A stretch of DNA of 64,000 nucleotides from the NCBI GenBank assembly GCA_964016885.1, contig CAXHJY010000065.1:31164-95163 (forward strand). Direction: 5' to 3'. Source of the stretch: Eledone cirrhosa (taxonomy: Eukaryota). Numbering within the stretch: position 1 is the first letter of the stretch; each line of letters begins with the position of its first letter. Positions 1 through 13,314 of this stretch are shown here, in pieces. The position numbers and the translations under genes were made by a program. The notes under the pieces are model-generated. The model ran no database searches and was not told the origin of the DNA. It was given only the letters and a program-made list of their open reading frames with translations.

Positions 1-67
1 TCTTCTCATATGTGTAAAGAAAAGGGACAAATGAAAATTATATATCATAAAAATGTTTGCAGATTAA

Positions 68-274
68 CTCTTTAGCATTTAAACCGCTGTATTCGACCAG
101 AATTCTCTCACCACTATCTGTTCAAACTGGTCGTAACTGGCCACTCATACTGATGTTAAGATATTGTACTCAAAAGAAATAATATCAAAATCTTATAGAA
201 TCGATATTATGGGAGATAAAGCCTTTACCAGGTAAATACAGTAGTAAATATAGTGTAATGTAAATGCTAAAGGG
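68..274. mobile_element. piggyBac-like MITE (TTAA target site)
   Basis: TTAA at 64-67 and 275-278; terminal inverted repeats c(t/c)ctttagcattta / taaatgctaaaggg; diverged reverse copy at 15923-16598. Confidence 0.7.
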
Positions 275-744
275 TTAAAGAAATCTGGCAGATTACATTA
301 TTATCTCTGAATACATATTACTATAAAATAATTATATAGAATTACTATAAAAATATTTGCAGATTAAAGAACCCAGTCAGAATATATTATTATCTCTTAT
401 GATATAAATAAGGATAAAAACATAATCAATAAAATTAATGTATTGACAATCATTTGAGCTATAATAATAATGTTTTCAATATGAATAATATTAGTATGAT
501 TAATACTAATTAAAATACATAATTATATATATATAGATAATAAAAGGAAAAATATAATGACTAAACCAACACTTACAATACAAGTAATTAAGTGTAATAT
601 ATATATACTCGGTAGCAAAATACTTAAAAAATTGAAACGAACAGCACCAAAGAACAATACATTCAAATAAAAATATATTAGTGTAATGCATAAAAAGTGT
701 AATAAAATAGTCTTAACATTTTGGACAGAGAAAGGGAAAATGGT

Positions 745-1355
745 CTGGTAAAGGGATGCAGGGATATTGTCGAGACCAAGCTAGGTGATGAACAGTGTGG
801 TTTTTGCCCCAGACGCACACTGCAACAGGTCTTTGAAAAATTGTAGGAGTATTGCCAAGAGGTATATTCTTGTTTTGTAGACCTCAAAAAGACATATGTT
901 CACATTCCTTAGGATCTGCTAGAGAAGGATCTGCAAAGGTATGGGATCAATTGTCAGCTTTTTGCTGCCCTGATGTCTCTGTACGAATGCCTAAGTATTT
1001 GTGTTTGGATAAATGGTGTTAAATCAAAATGATTCAATGTGGGAATCAGACTCTACCAAGGATGCATACTGTCACTTTCCCTTGTTCATTATTTTCATAA
1101 ACAGGATTGACATGTGCAATCTGGTTGGAAGTGGTATCACGACTGGCGGGTGTAAAATCAGTCGACTGGAATTTACAGTTCCACTGAAGCAGATGGAGAA
1201 ATTCAAATAACTCAGGGCTGTGTTCATGAGTGATGGAAGGCAGAAGGTTGAATTAAGTGCATGAATTGCAGGAGATGGTGCTGTAATGCATCAGCTTCAG
1301 TATTTGGTAATCAGAAGAAGGGAGATAGCTGTAAAAGCCAAACTCGCTATCATCT
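745..1355 (+). pseudogene. Decayed RTE-type reverse transcriptase fragment
   Basis: Manual translation gives ETKLGDEQCGF...QQVFEKL*EY...CFVDLKKTY...FNVGIRLYQGCILS...LFIIFINRID, with stops and frameshifts. Confidence 0.7.
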
Positions 1356-2185
1356 ATTTGTGCCAATATATATATATTGTATATATATCATCATCATCAT
1401 TATTAATATTACCATTTAACAATCATTTTCCCAGCTAGCAAACTATTGTCACAAACGTATTGAAGTCAACATTTGCATGACCTTATGAATTTGTTGATGA
1501 CTAATCATGCCAGTCTTGGAAAGTCATATATGACACAAAATCTTTAGACCAAGTTTACCCAATCTACTTCATAAATTAAGCATTTTCATGCAACTGACTT
1601 TCATTCTGCACAAGAGATGTTTGCTTTTTCAAAATCACCTGTACCAACCTTAATCCATATTCTACATTAGTAACAACGAAAATCAATTTTTTCTCAGTTG
1701 TACTCATGCATTTCAAATGTTGTTTAAGATTATTTTACATAGTCCAAAAACAACAGCTGTAATTTGTGGTGGGCACTTTCTACTTACTGGTTTACTGAAT
1801 AGCATTTGCTTCAGGAACCACTGATTATTCATTCATACAAGCTGCCCAGTCCCATATAAGCATTTTTTTTGTGTACCATTGCTCAATAGTCATGATGTTG
1901 GTTCTCTTGAAAATCTCTGTATATGGATTCTGCGAGGACTGACCGACATTAGAATATATCTTAGGCATTTCTGACTAAATAACTCAAAAACGTTTGTGTG
2001 AGGCTTGTAAAAGATCCATGCTTCTCATGAATAAAGAAGAGAAATGAATATACATGCACAATGCACAAAGCATTTTTGTTAAACTTTTAATGCCACATCA
2101 GGACCAAGCATAAGATTTAAGTACTCTAAAAGAGGCAGTTTCTTTCTGAAGCCTTAAAAATATTCCATTATTTAAGGAACAAAGA

Positions 2186-2390
2186 TGGCAGATTGGCAGT
2201 ATTAGAAGAGTGTCAGACAAAATGCTTTACAGTATTTATTCACAATTTCTATGGTCTATCATACCCACCAAGGTCAACTTTACCTTTCGTCCTTCTAAAG
2301 TCCATAAAGTAAAGTACCAGTTAAGTATTGGTGTAATATTACCGACTTTCCCTTTCCCCTAAATTGCTGGTCTTGTGCCAATGTTATAAA
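2186..2390 (+). mobile_element. Old copy of the tRNA-derived Nin/Deu-like SINE
   Basis: Diverged match to 38154-38345 (ggcagattggcagtattag...aaggtcaactttacctttcgtcc...aagtaccag...ctggtcttgtgcca). Confidence 0.6.
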
Positions 2391-2816
2391 GAGTTATGTA
2401 ACGAGCAAGAACAGCTGGGTGTGCTTGCTCAGGTAGAAAATTGTGTCTACTACATTCATTTCTCTACTAATCATTTTGTGCAAAAAATTATTTTGAGAAA
2501 AATTACTACACCAGCTTATTTCCATAAATTAAATTTAAATTCTATTTTGAATGTTGATTTCAGAAATACAAAGACTCTTGTAAAGGTTTTGCATTATAAA
2601 TTCAATGTATTTATATCCTTGATATTTTTGCTGTTTCCATGTACCATATGTTTTGGTACTGTGCTGTATGTAAACAGCAACACACTCTTACAACTCTCTT
2701 TTCAGTTCTACTTATGAATGATCATAAACTTCTATGAACGTTTTAACTGCCAGATGAACATGATGTGTTTGGAAATATTATGTTATATATATAAATATCA
2801 TCATCATCACCACTAT

Positions 2817-2852
<36 letters not shown>

Positions 2853-2855
<3 letters not shown>

Positions 2856-2979
2856 GGAAAATGTTCAAGACCCCGACGGCAGAGCTCAAGCCGTTTCGAC
2901 GGCTATTTCTTGACCAGGTCCAGAAATAGCCGTCAAAACGACCTGAGCTCTGCCGTCGGGGTCTTGAACATTTTCCTAT
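2853..2979. repeat. 127-bp near-perfect palindrome, probable MITE in a (TA)n tract
   Basis: 63-bp arms (ataggaaaatgttcaagaccccgacggcagagctc... / ...gagctctgccgtcggggtcttgaacattttcctat), 4 mismatches, 1-nt centre at 2916. Confidence 0.9.
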
Positions 2980-3070
2980 TACCCACTCTTCTATCCTAAG
3001 TATTGAGTACTCTGGTGCATTATGGTCCACCTGGTTCCTTACCACACTTCCTTCGATATATATATATATA

Positions 3071-3200
3071 TATCCAGCCGTAGAAAACCCGCCAGACAGT
3101 CCTATGCGAGCAAGACAACCACTCTTGCCTCAAGTGGGAAAACTCCCGTCCAAACCCATGCAAGCGTGGAAGATGGACGTTAAACGATGATGATGATGAT
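3071..3200 (+). mobile_element. 5'-truncated RTE-related tail module ending in (GAT)n
   Basis: Near-identical to 22333-22475 and to the reverse of 36809-36945; ends ccatgcaagcgtggaagatggacgttaaacgatgatgat. Confidence 0.8.
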
Positions 3201-3446
3201 GGGGGGCGTACATGTGTGCGTGAGTGTATGTGTGTGTGAGTGTGTTGATCAAACCTTTTTCAAAATTAAAAAAATATGAGTTGTCCAAGGCTATAGCTAG
3301 ATGAGTAAATTTCTACAATTCACTGGAAAAAACATCAAAAGACCCCACAACAAAATTCATGTTTAGAAAATGAATTTAGTTAAAATAAAAAAGTAGAACC
3401 AGCTTGAACCATAAACATGTAGAGAAATATATACACATTAACTACT

Positions 3447-3492
<46 letters not shown>

Positions 3493-4355
3493 GCGCTGAG
3501 CAACATCAAAAAAATTAGAAAAGAACAAAAGTTAATTGCAGATTTATTTTCAGTTAACATGGTTTAAGAATTATGTTGGGTGGGAGAATATACATGGACA
3601 ATAAAATATGTAAACAAATAAGACCATGATCAACACATTTTCACTGGAAAACGACTCTCCATTTGAAATATAATTATCATTGGTTCTGTTTAGAAAGTTG
3701 CTATAATGAAGATGGGATTTTAAATATTCAGGCTACAAACTTGGGTGAAGAAAAAGAGAGGTAAGGTTGAGCAGAAATATATTTATTGGTCCCTATATTT
3801 CGGATTCACCATCCATTGCCAAGTGTGTCCAGAGAAATCTCTGGAGATCATCGGAAAGAGCCGTTCTGTGCCTCCAAGTGGTTAATGTTTGAGTTAGAAC
3901 TGATTGAAATTCTCGTTCACCTGACATTTGTACATGCAGGTTCAACAGGGGCTACTAATCAGTTACCAGCCAGCAGGTTATTGTAGTAGTTGATATGTCA
4001 CATTGTTGTGAAGATCAATCAGTTAACACTTGATTGTTTGATATTTTAGTTGCTATGTGGTTGTCTCTTGGCGTTATTTATTCATTTTTTTTTTTTATTT
4101 GTTCTGTCATTTCAAATATGTGTTATTGTGACTGGGTAAAATTAGGCATTGTGCATCAAAAGGGCTTTCTTGATTCAAAGAATACACATGTGCTCTGTGG
4201 CTAGTATAGTGACTGTGAGTCTCTTGTCTTTGTTTCCACATTTGATGATGTTTCTGAAGTGATGAAGAGTTAGTGGTTACATGTCCCTTAATTCTTATGT
4301 GCAGCAGTCAACAGGTAATGCTGATATAGTAATTGTTGCCCTTGTCATGTTCTAA

Positions 4356-5136
4356 TCTAGCTTATAATAAGAGTGCTGTCTGTCTGTCTGTCCATCTGTC
4401 ATACTCACTTTATATAAAGAGGGGAAGCACCAAGGAAAAGATATGTACATAAATAGAGAGAGAAAAGAGAGTGGCGTGTTTTCAAGGTAACAGACACAGA
4501 TAGATAGACAGAAAATTACGATGTTGCACTTATCTATATATAAACAGGGGAAGTATCAAGCAAGAGATATGGCCATAGAAAGAAAGAGAAAAGAGACACC
4601 ATGTATTTTCCAGGTGAAAAAAAGAGGTAGATAGACAGAAAGCTATGACATAGCTCTCGTCTATATATAGAGAGAGGGGGAGTACCAAGCAAAAGAGATG
4701 TACATAGATAGAGAGTGAAAATGAATGTCATTTCTTTAAAGAGAGAGTATGTGTGTGTGACAGATAGAGATAGAAGACAATATCACCGATATCTATATAT
4801 AGAGAGAGGGGGAACAGCAAGCTTTCATAAACAGATTCACGTGAAAACTGTTCAGCGGAGACAAACTGTGAATCATATTTATATTTAATTTAGTTCATTT
4901 TATTAAATTTGAAATTTGTATTACTCATTGAACAATAATGATAAATAATGGAATACATTTTTACATGAATTTACAAATAAATCATTAAGAACACTGTAGA
5001 GTTTCACATGCTTTTTTATGAAATAAAATTGTCTCTTTGCCATTTGCTCATATCTGCACACTTCAGAAAAGATGGGCTTAGACTGATTTTTTGAACAGGA
5101 AAATCATTGAGAACTTATTTCTCACAGACCAACTAG
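4356..5136 (+). mobile_element. Putative old non-autonomous Helitron
   Basis: 5' TCTAGCTTATAATAAGAG followed by (gtct)n; internal GA-rich repeats (tatatagagagaggggg...); 3' ...cacagaccaaCTAG, but the terminal hairpin is degraded. Confidence 0.4.
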
Positions 5137-5773
5137 CTTATATAAAATGTAAGTACATAGGCAATAAATAGCTTGTGTTGTATATTAAGCATGTGTTTTC
5201 TGGGTCATGGAGTTGTTTCCTGAATAGGCATTTTGTAGGGCCCTGAGTGAGTCAGCTGGATATCAGGACCTTCCCTTTGAATAGCTCTGCAGATAATGCT
5301 TGTGGTTTTTTCACCAAGGTGTAGGATTTAAGGAAGGAACTGTTTGTAAAGTCTTTCTGCTTTCTGGAATTGGGTCTCACATTTCATTGGTGAAAGATGT
5401 CGGATAACCATTGGTTTCCAACAACTTGCATAGTTGCTTAGTGTGGGTGGCTCTACTCACTGCATCACTGCATCTGTTTTTATGCATGTGATTTCATTTT
5501 TACAACAAAATCTGCATTGTAGCAGCTTCCTAAACACAATTTCTAGATTCCATAAGGCTTCAAGCAAACTGCAATACTCTCTCATAAATAACATTGATTA
5601 TTACAACACATGTATGTATACAACACCTCTCTATCTTGTCATATGTATCACATTCAGCTTTTCTGAACCTAACAGAGAGTTTCTGTAGATTCTATACTCT
5701 CCTTTTACAAATTTTCTGCATTTCTCGTTCCATCTTCTGCTTATTCTGATGTCACAAATGACTAACTTATGTC

Positions 5774-8755
5774 CATCATCATCACCGTTTTATGTCCGTT
5801 CTTCCACGCTAGCATGGGTTAGACGGGTTGTCCTGTTGTGGGCAGTGTCTGGTCGGCTGACCATGCCTTGCTCATACAGGAACTGATTTGGCTTGATTTC
5901 TACAGCTGGATGCCCTTCGTAACACCAACCTCATTTACAGTGAGTGCTGGGTGCTTTTTCGTGGCGCCTACATGTCCACTTTACAGTGTGGGCTGGGTGC
6001 TTTTTTGCCGTGGCACCTCCACGACCACCTTGCAGTGGGGGGTGTGGGGGCATATTGTCTATATGCTTCAGCTTGTACCCAGAGGTGTAGTTGGGTAAGG
6101 TCGGCTTTTATCACCTCATCCCAGCTCATCTTGGGTCTCCCCACTCCGCGGTTTCCATCGACTTCTAGTGCTCTGCACCTTTTTATGCAGCTGTCATCCT
6201 TCATACGCATCACATGTCCATACCAGCGCAACCACCTCTCCTGCACACAACATTTGATTCCTCTTATGCTCAGTCTCTCTCACAATTCATTTATGGTTTG
6301 TCGTTCGCGTATATTACTGTTACACATCCATCGGAGTATGCAGGCTTCGTTTCTCTCTAATCTACGTAAGTCTTCTACAGACAGCGCCCAGGTCTCACTA
6401 CCATGCAACATCGCTGTTCGGATACACGCATCATACAGTCTGCCTTTTATTTTGAGGGAGAAGCCTTTTGCAGCTAGCAGTGGTAGTAGTTCCCTAAACT
6501 TCTTCCATCCCGTTCTTACCCTAGTTATTTTACTTTCTGGACACCCACCTCCGCTGCTAATTCGGTCACCTAGGTAGCAGAAGCTGTCTACTGTTTCTAC
6601 AGAGCCCTCCCAGAGATTGGTGGTACTTGTTTCCTGTGGCTGTTTGCTGCTTGCTGTCCCAGCACAGCTGCTGCATGTGAAGCCTACATTCTTAATTAAG
6701 CTTCCTGAGATCCCGCTACATCTCTTGTGTACCCATTGTTTGCATTTGGGCAGAGAATGGAGTCCCTACCTACACATTTCCTTCATACTGAACAAGGCCA
6801 TTTCCCTGAGTGGATCTGGGTTCTGTCTTCTCATCTACTTACAAGGACAAATGCCAGGTAGAGTGGCTTACTTTTAGCTAGGTACTTTTCCTGTAACTGC
6901 CTGACAAGGAAGAGGGCATCAGGGGTGCCTCTTCCTGGTACAAACCCAAATTGCATCTCGTCTAGTTTCACCCGGTCCCTAATCAACTGTGCTATAACTC
7001 TTTCTGTTACTTTCATGACCTGGCCCATCAGCTTTATACCTCTATAGTTTCCTCTATCTAGTGCATCACCTTTACCTTTGTAGCAGTTGACAATGATGCT
7101 ACTGCACCAATCTTTTGGTATGACACCTTCTAGTATTACCTGGTTAACAATACGTGTGGTTATAGTGTGACCTACAGACCCAGATGCCTTCAGCATCTCG
7201 GCAGCTATACCCGATGGACCGGTTGCCTTCCCCATCTTCATATCTTTGATTGCCTTACTTACTACGCTGCTGCTGACTTGTACTGCTGGCCCCTCTATAG
7301 GGTCTACTTGGGGTAGGGTCTCTTCTTCCCATGCATTCTCCTCATTTAGTAATCTATCATAATTGTTTCTACTTTTGGCACAAGGCCAGCAATTATCCCA
7401 GTGCATTACTGGTACTTTATTTTATCGACCCCGTAAAGATGAAAGGCAAAGTGAACCTCGGCGGGATTTGAACTCAGATCGTAAAGGGACGTAACTATGC
7501 TTGAAAGCATGGCGTCCGACCCTCTACCGATACTGCCAGTCCACCGACTCTTCCATGCATCTTTCTTCTCAGCACTTGTGAGGGCAAACTCACCTTTATC
7601 ATTCCGGATACACTTCTCTCCAATGACATCACAATTCTCTCTGACACACTGCCTCGCAATCTTGAATACCTCCTGTTTCTGGTCATCACGTTGCAAAACA
7701 TGCTTGAATTTTCTATCATCTGCTTCCCTCCTAGCTAAGTATACTTGTCGCCTAGCTTCCCTCTTGGTCTCTATGTAATGTACCCTGCTCCCCCAGTTCT
7801 TCCATTCTTTCCATGCCTGTCTCTTGGCCTTAACTGCCTCATCTACTTTATTGTTCCACCACCAAGTCACTCTCCTCCTGCTTGAGGTCTTACTCCAGCC
7901 ATAGACCTCATCCGTCGCCTCTAGTAAGTTATTTTTTAGGAACTCCCAGTTCTCTTCTACATCGAATGTCTCTATCTGTTCTTCTTTACTGTCGTAGGCG
8001 TTGAGTTAAATATCTTTAAATCTGTTACTAGTTGAGGGGTCTTTCAGCTTCCAGATCTTTCTTTTCCAGGTTCGCCTCTGTTTCCAGGTTTGTCTAGTTC
8101 TGACTGTGAGGTCGCTGACAACTAAGCTATGTTGGGATGTACATTCCTCACTAGAGAAGGCTTTTGTGTTTACGACCGTCCATCTGTCACGTCCTCTGAT
8201 GAGGATAAAATCTATCTGACTAGCGTGCTCCCCTGATCTATAGGTGATCAGGTGGTTGTCGGGTTTTTTAAAGTTTGTGTTACATATCGACATGTCATTG
8301 GCGTCGCAGAATTCTTGAAGTCTGAATCCTTCCTCATTTCTTGTGCCAACCCCATGGCCTCCATGTACTCTATTGAAGCCGTCGCAGTGTTTACCTACGT
8401 GTCCGTTAAAATCTCCTGCGATGATTAGGAAGTCATTGTCGTCTGTTAGAGCAGTAGTGTGCATTAAGGACTCGTAAAACCTATCCTTAAGTTCGTCTGG
8501 CAGCCCCGATTGGAGTGCGTAAGCTGATATTATTGTGGTAATTGTTTTATTCAGGACTAGTCTGAGTTTAATGATTCTTGCATTTACCCTGTACACTGAG
8601 ATTACTTTATCTACCCACTTGTCAGCTAGTAGTATACCTACACCAACCATCCCATCGTCATTTCCCACCCAGAAAAATTTGTAGCACCGACCTTTTCCTA
8701 CAAGGACTCTAGCAGACTCTCCTCTCCATCTAGTCTTTCGCACACAGCATACATT
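5774..8755 (-). mobile_element. Decayed RTE LINE (APE endonuclease + RT with core deleted) with composite 3' tail
   Basis: ORFs 8006-8743 (IAGDFNGHVG, SQIDFIL, SQHSLV), 7406-7870, 6831-7406 (NYRGIKL, QFGFVPGRGT) and 5968-6246 (LRWYGHVMRM); the tail reads (GAT)n on minus at 5774. Confidence 0.9.
7361..7546 (-). mobile_element. tRNA-derived Nin/Deu-like SINE nested in the RTE LINE
   Basis: Reverse complement of the 38154-38345 family; splits LINE residues AWKS / YDRLL. Confidence 0.9.
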
Positions 8756-8844
8756 ATGTTGTGTGGTGCATTTACCTCTGGGTAAGAAGTGTTGGGTAAT
8801 AATGGTAGTAATAATAATGACAATATCATTAAGAATAGATTAAC

Positions 8845-8890
<46 letters not shown>

Positions 8891-9050
8891 GATAGTACTA
8901 ATGGGAACTTCCCATATACTAAGTCTAAACACCTAAAGATGCATGTGTATGTATGTTCTTTCTTGAATATGGCGGACCTTGTTGTCTCTTGAGGTCACTG
9001 GTTGTGACTTGGTGATAACTCGTATGAACATAAAGCAAGATAAATGCAAC

Positions 9051-9083
<33 letters not shown>

Positions 9084-9149
9084 TTCTTTATTCATTATTG
9101 GCCACAAGGGCCAAACATAGAGGACAATTCAAAGACAAGGGACAGTGGG

Positions 9150-9790
9150 GATTTACATATATTCGAGTAAAAATTATAAACAAAAACAATTAACAAAAAA
9201 TATCAACAACAGAATTCCCCAATCAGGTGGCATATCACCAGGGCTGATGCTAGGAACCCCACAAATCCCAACCCACTCTCATCTCCACGAGCACCCTACA
9301 GCCGCATGTTCAGAGTAGGACCATTCGCATGGGCCATCCTCACAGCAATTATCCACATTTAAAAAAAATGATCTGGGGGGCAGCATTTCTCTCTTCACCC
9401 TTATCTTCCTTTCCAAGTGGAACTTGAAAAAGTTGATGAGGGCTTTGCCGAAAAGGAAAGTGTCTGTCTTCAGACCTTTCAGTCTCATCCACCACACAAC
9501 CTCTTTTACTACAACAATCAGACAGAAGAAAATTGTCTGCTCTTCCCCGCCAAAAGAAAGCGGCAGGGCAATCTTCACTATGGATTCAGTCAATAGCTGG
9601 ATTGGTCACACACACAATAACAGCTGTTCGACATAACTCTATAAGTCAGCAATACATAGGCACTGGACAAGTGGGTGCAAAACAGTTTTGTTGCTCTGCG
9701 CACATCAGACAGCTCTATCTGATAGCACTACCATGCCTATAGTGTTTATCTCAAACCAGCATGGCTACCCAGTAGCACTGCCAATCGAGA
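9150..9790 (-). mobile_element. L1/Tx1-like non-LTR retrotransposon 3' fragment
   Basis: ORF 9279-9593 (KEVVWWMRLKG...LINFFKFHLERKIRVKRE) preceded by a decayed CxxC...H...CP knuckle; related copies at 20.5-21.7 kb and 27.4-27.7 kb. Confidence 0.6.
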
Positions 9791-11899
9791 GATTTCAGGA
9801 AATTGACCATAGTGCTTGGCTCGAAATAGTAATAATACAATTAATGCTGTATATATATGTAGTTTTGGAAGGATATGATGGCAACCATATGTAAGACAAA
9901 TATAAAGTGAAGCATGTATAGTATAGATTCATAAATAAACATTGATTATATAAGTATATGTCCACATCAAAGAGTACCACATGAAATAAAATGGATGGTG
10001 CTCGATAAGTCAATGCATATATCAATGGAATTAAAAGATGCTTACTCTGCCTCAGTGAAAAATTTAGGATTTTTCAAGTACTGTACTTACCAAACAAGTG
10101 TCTTAACTCCAAATTTGAGAGTTTTAGACATCAGTTTGCATCTGAAAAGCCATCTCCTGTCCAACTAGAATCCCATGCTCAAAATGTTCCATCATCTGAA
10201 CGACTAACTGCTTCATGCACTTATTTTCTGTCTCCTATACACATGGAAAAACGCACATATAACAGATCCCTAAGTGCACACACACACAGTTTGGATAGTA
10301 TTAAAAGCACAGATTACGCTTTGCCATTATTTAAATTCACACTAAATATGTTAATACGTAATCATTTATATAATAAATAGGGTGTTGCTACTGCTTCTGC
10401 TACTGCTACATCATCATCATCATCATCATCATCATCATTAACATAAACAGATATATATAGTATCTATTCTTAGTAGATACCGGTATGTTTATAAACATAT
10501 ATTCATACACACAGAAATATACAAATATTCTTACATCAACATACACATACACACATATATTGAATATTTTTACATTATATTTTCTATTGTTTTAGATTTT
10601 CATTGATTGGTAGAAAATATATCACGTCACATAAGAATCAATATTTTCTGAAATTCCTCTATGCTTGCTATTTACGAAAGTGACATTTAAGCTAGAGAAA
10701 TATCTTATGCTACCACCCAGTTCATTGTACTAAACTAAAATACATTGACCATATACTCTGTTTAACACAGAGACAATGGATTCTATTTGACAAGGAGAAA
10801 TAACTACTTTTAAATGTATCTACATATCCCTTTCATAAATCACAGGGAAGATATGTTTGTTTATGATTACATCAGTGTTTGTCTTTTTCTTTTTTCTCTT
10901 TTGAGTTTTAAATTTTATCTCATTTTTCTAAGTACATTTTTAAATTTGGTAGTGGTTCAAGGTTTATATATTGTGATTTTGTTTATAAATTTCAGCTTTG
11001 CATTCTATTTGGAAAGTCATAGATCATACATTTTAGCATCAACATAAATGTATGTTAAAATCATTCATTTGAGGATGAATGATATGAGTTAAAGAGAATT
11101 CTGGAAGAAAAATATCTGAAACTGAACTTAAAATAGAACTAATTATGAAAAGTCAGCTTTGAATTACGGTAGTGGGGGAATTGATTAAATTCAATGTTTT
11201 ACCTTTAAGAAGCTAATGATGGCTAAATAAAAAATTTAGAATAAATAGAATAAAATAGAATAAAATAAAATTCTTATTTAATCTTTGCAATTTACTTTCA
11301 AAGAGAATTTTGTATTTGAAATTACTTCCGCTAGTTGATTTCTTTAAATTTGTTCCCTTATAAATGGTTAAAGCAATTTCTTTTCCTTCATTCTTTTCTT
11401 TGTTGCATACTAGGGGAACTTTAATGTGTAGAATAGAAAGAGCTAGTAAATTTAGGTAATTTATGATTTGGCAACAAATGTATGACATTGCCCTTTACTG
11501 AAAACTTAGGGCAGATTTTTTTTTTCATAAGTAATTTTTATTTTGATTAAGCAATTATTGTGATTATGATGAGGATGAGGCAAAGATCTGGGAGATTACT
11601 TTTAAAGATTGCAGATTTATTACTTCATTAAATATATTTGAATATTGCATTTAATTTTTTAAATATATGTGTATAAATCACTAATGACTAATATGTTGAC
11701 TGATCTTTCACACATGCACACATCTCCTCCAACACCAAAACACCCTGGCAGATATTTGTAGACACTATCATAAACATATGTGCAAAACACACCCCAACAA
11801 GACCTGTGAACAAAACTATTCTCAGAAAACTAAAAAGAACAAACAAAAAAAATCAACAAATTAAAATACTGCCAACAACAACACACTGCTGTACACTGC

Positions 11900-12440
11900 T
11901 CAAATAAAACATAATCTCCAACAACACATGAAGACTATCATAAATAACTAAAGAACAGCTGAAGAAGAATGAGCTATTGAGTAAATCAAAATCAATCCCA
12001 AAGTGTTATTTTCCTTTGCCAAAAAACACAAGATCTTTACTGTTGGCCCTCTGATTGATGAAAATGGTACTCTTCAAGACAATTCGAAAATGGCAGAAAC
12101 AATACTGCTGTTTTCAGCAATGCTGATATGGCTGAACAGGGCTGTTTCGGTGATGTTAATCCCCAACACACTATATTGAACATAATGTTTGGTGCCCCTG
12201 ATGTTTTAGCAGCAATAAACAACATTAAAGACAACTCAGTAGAAGGTCCTGATAGGTTCCCTAGTGTTGTGAAAGTGTGTCAACACCAACTTGCATCTCC
12301 TCTAGCTAATCTGTAGTGGAACTTACTAGACACTAGCTATATACCTGAAAACTCTCTGTCTCAGTCTGTTGTCCCAGGTTTCAAAAAGGGGAAGAAGTCC
12401 TTTGCAGTGAATTACTGTCTGATCAAACTCGCATCTCGTA
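11900..12440 (+). pseudogene. CR1/Jockey-group LINE RT N-terminal fragment
   Basis: IKINPKVLFSFAKK...AINNIKDNSVEGPDRFP...LASPLANL*...VVPGFKKG...NYCLIKL. Confidence 0.65.
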
Positions 12441-12678
12441 ACAAGTTAGACATAGCCTGGCCCAATACTGGCTGAAGCCTATCAAAGTTAAGTATTTATC
12501 AAGAAAGCCAACTGCATATAAATACAACCGTATTACAATGACAGTTAGCTTTGTTGATGATTTCTTTTAAATGAAACAGTTCTGGTCCTGTATTGAGTAC
12601 TTTACTTACTGTGGTCACCCCCGATTGAACCTGGGACTCTCACACACGCACATATATACACACACACACATATATATA

Positions 12679-12710
<32 letters not shown>

Positions 12711-12717
12711 CAAAGTA

Positions 12718-12890
12718 AACACTGTAAATGAGGTTGGTGTTAGGAAGGGCATCCAGCTGTAGAAATCAAGCCAAATCAGTTCCTATATGAGCAAGGCATG
12801 GTCAGCCGACCAGATACTGCCCACAACAGGACAACCCGTCTAACCCATGCTAGCGTGGAAGAACGGACGTAAAACGGTGATGATGATGAT
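12718..12890 (+). mobile_element. RTE-related SINE tail (5'-truncated)
   Basis: ggtgttaggaagggcatccagctgtagaa box, then ccatgctagcgtggaagaacggacgtaaaacggtgatgatgat; matches 16240-16410. Confidence 0.8.
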
Positions 12891-13031
12891 ATATATATAC
12901 AAAGGTTATATTTAATTTGTTGGAATTCAACAAACTTAAAAGTTTTTTAACTGATATAAAGCACTCAACAAATTAGTGGAGTAAATATTCAATATATTAA
13001 TAAATGGAAACTATATTTATAAAACCATAAT

Positions 13032-13097
13032 TATTTTATTATATATATTTCAAGGGCAACCAAGGCAAATTTTGGTGTGCTTTCATCAGATAAAATA
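13032..13097 (-). ncRNA. Type I hammerhead ribozyme motif (reverse copy)
   Basis: Exact reverse complement of 13184-13249. Confidence 0.75.
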
Positions 13098-13183
13098 CAA
13101 AATTTGTTTTATAAATGTTGACATACCCGCAAAAGAACAACCTTGATGGTTGGAGGTTCGCTGGATAGTAATAACAAATTTTG

Positions 13184-13249
13184 TATTTTATCTGATGAAA
13201 GCACACCAAAATTTGCCTTGGTTGCCCTTGAAATATATATAATAAAATA
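13184..13249 (+). ncRNA. Type I hammerhead ribozyme motif
   Basis: Stem I tattttat/ataaaata; CTGATGA 13192-13198; stem II aag..accaa/ttggt..ctt; GAAA 13230-13233; palindromic stem III A-tatata-T; predicted cleavage after A13241. Confidence 0.75.
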
Positions 13250-13314
13250 ATTATGGTTTTATAAATATAATTTCCATTTATTAATATAATGAATATATAT
13301 ATATATGTATATAT

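Larger units (their letters stand above)
12985..13296. repeat. Inverted repeat (~125-bp arms, ~60-bp spacer) with a hammerhead motif in each arm
   Basis: 12985-13110 is the reverse complement of 13171-13296 with ~2 mismatches; a related single arm lies at 48850-48958. Confidence 0.9.

Noticed and set aside
1440-2100. Possible hAT transposase relic on minus (FVHCA, FPRLA)
   Set aside because: Only two short motifs; too decayed to support without an HMM search
5951-6577. 208-aa plus-strand ORF, and similar ORFs at 13708, 37475, 44109 and 54432
   Set aside because: Antisense shadows of RTE or Gypsy coding sequence
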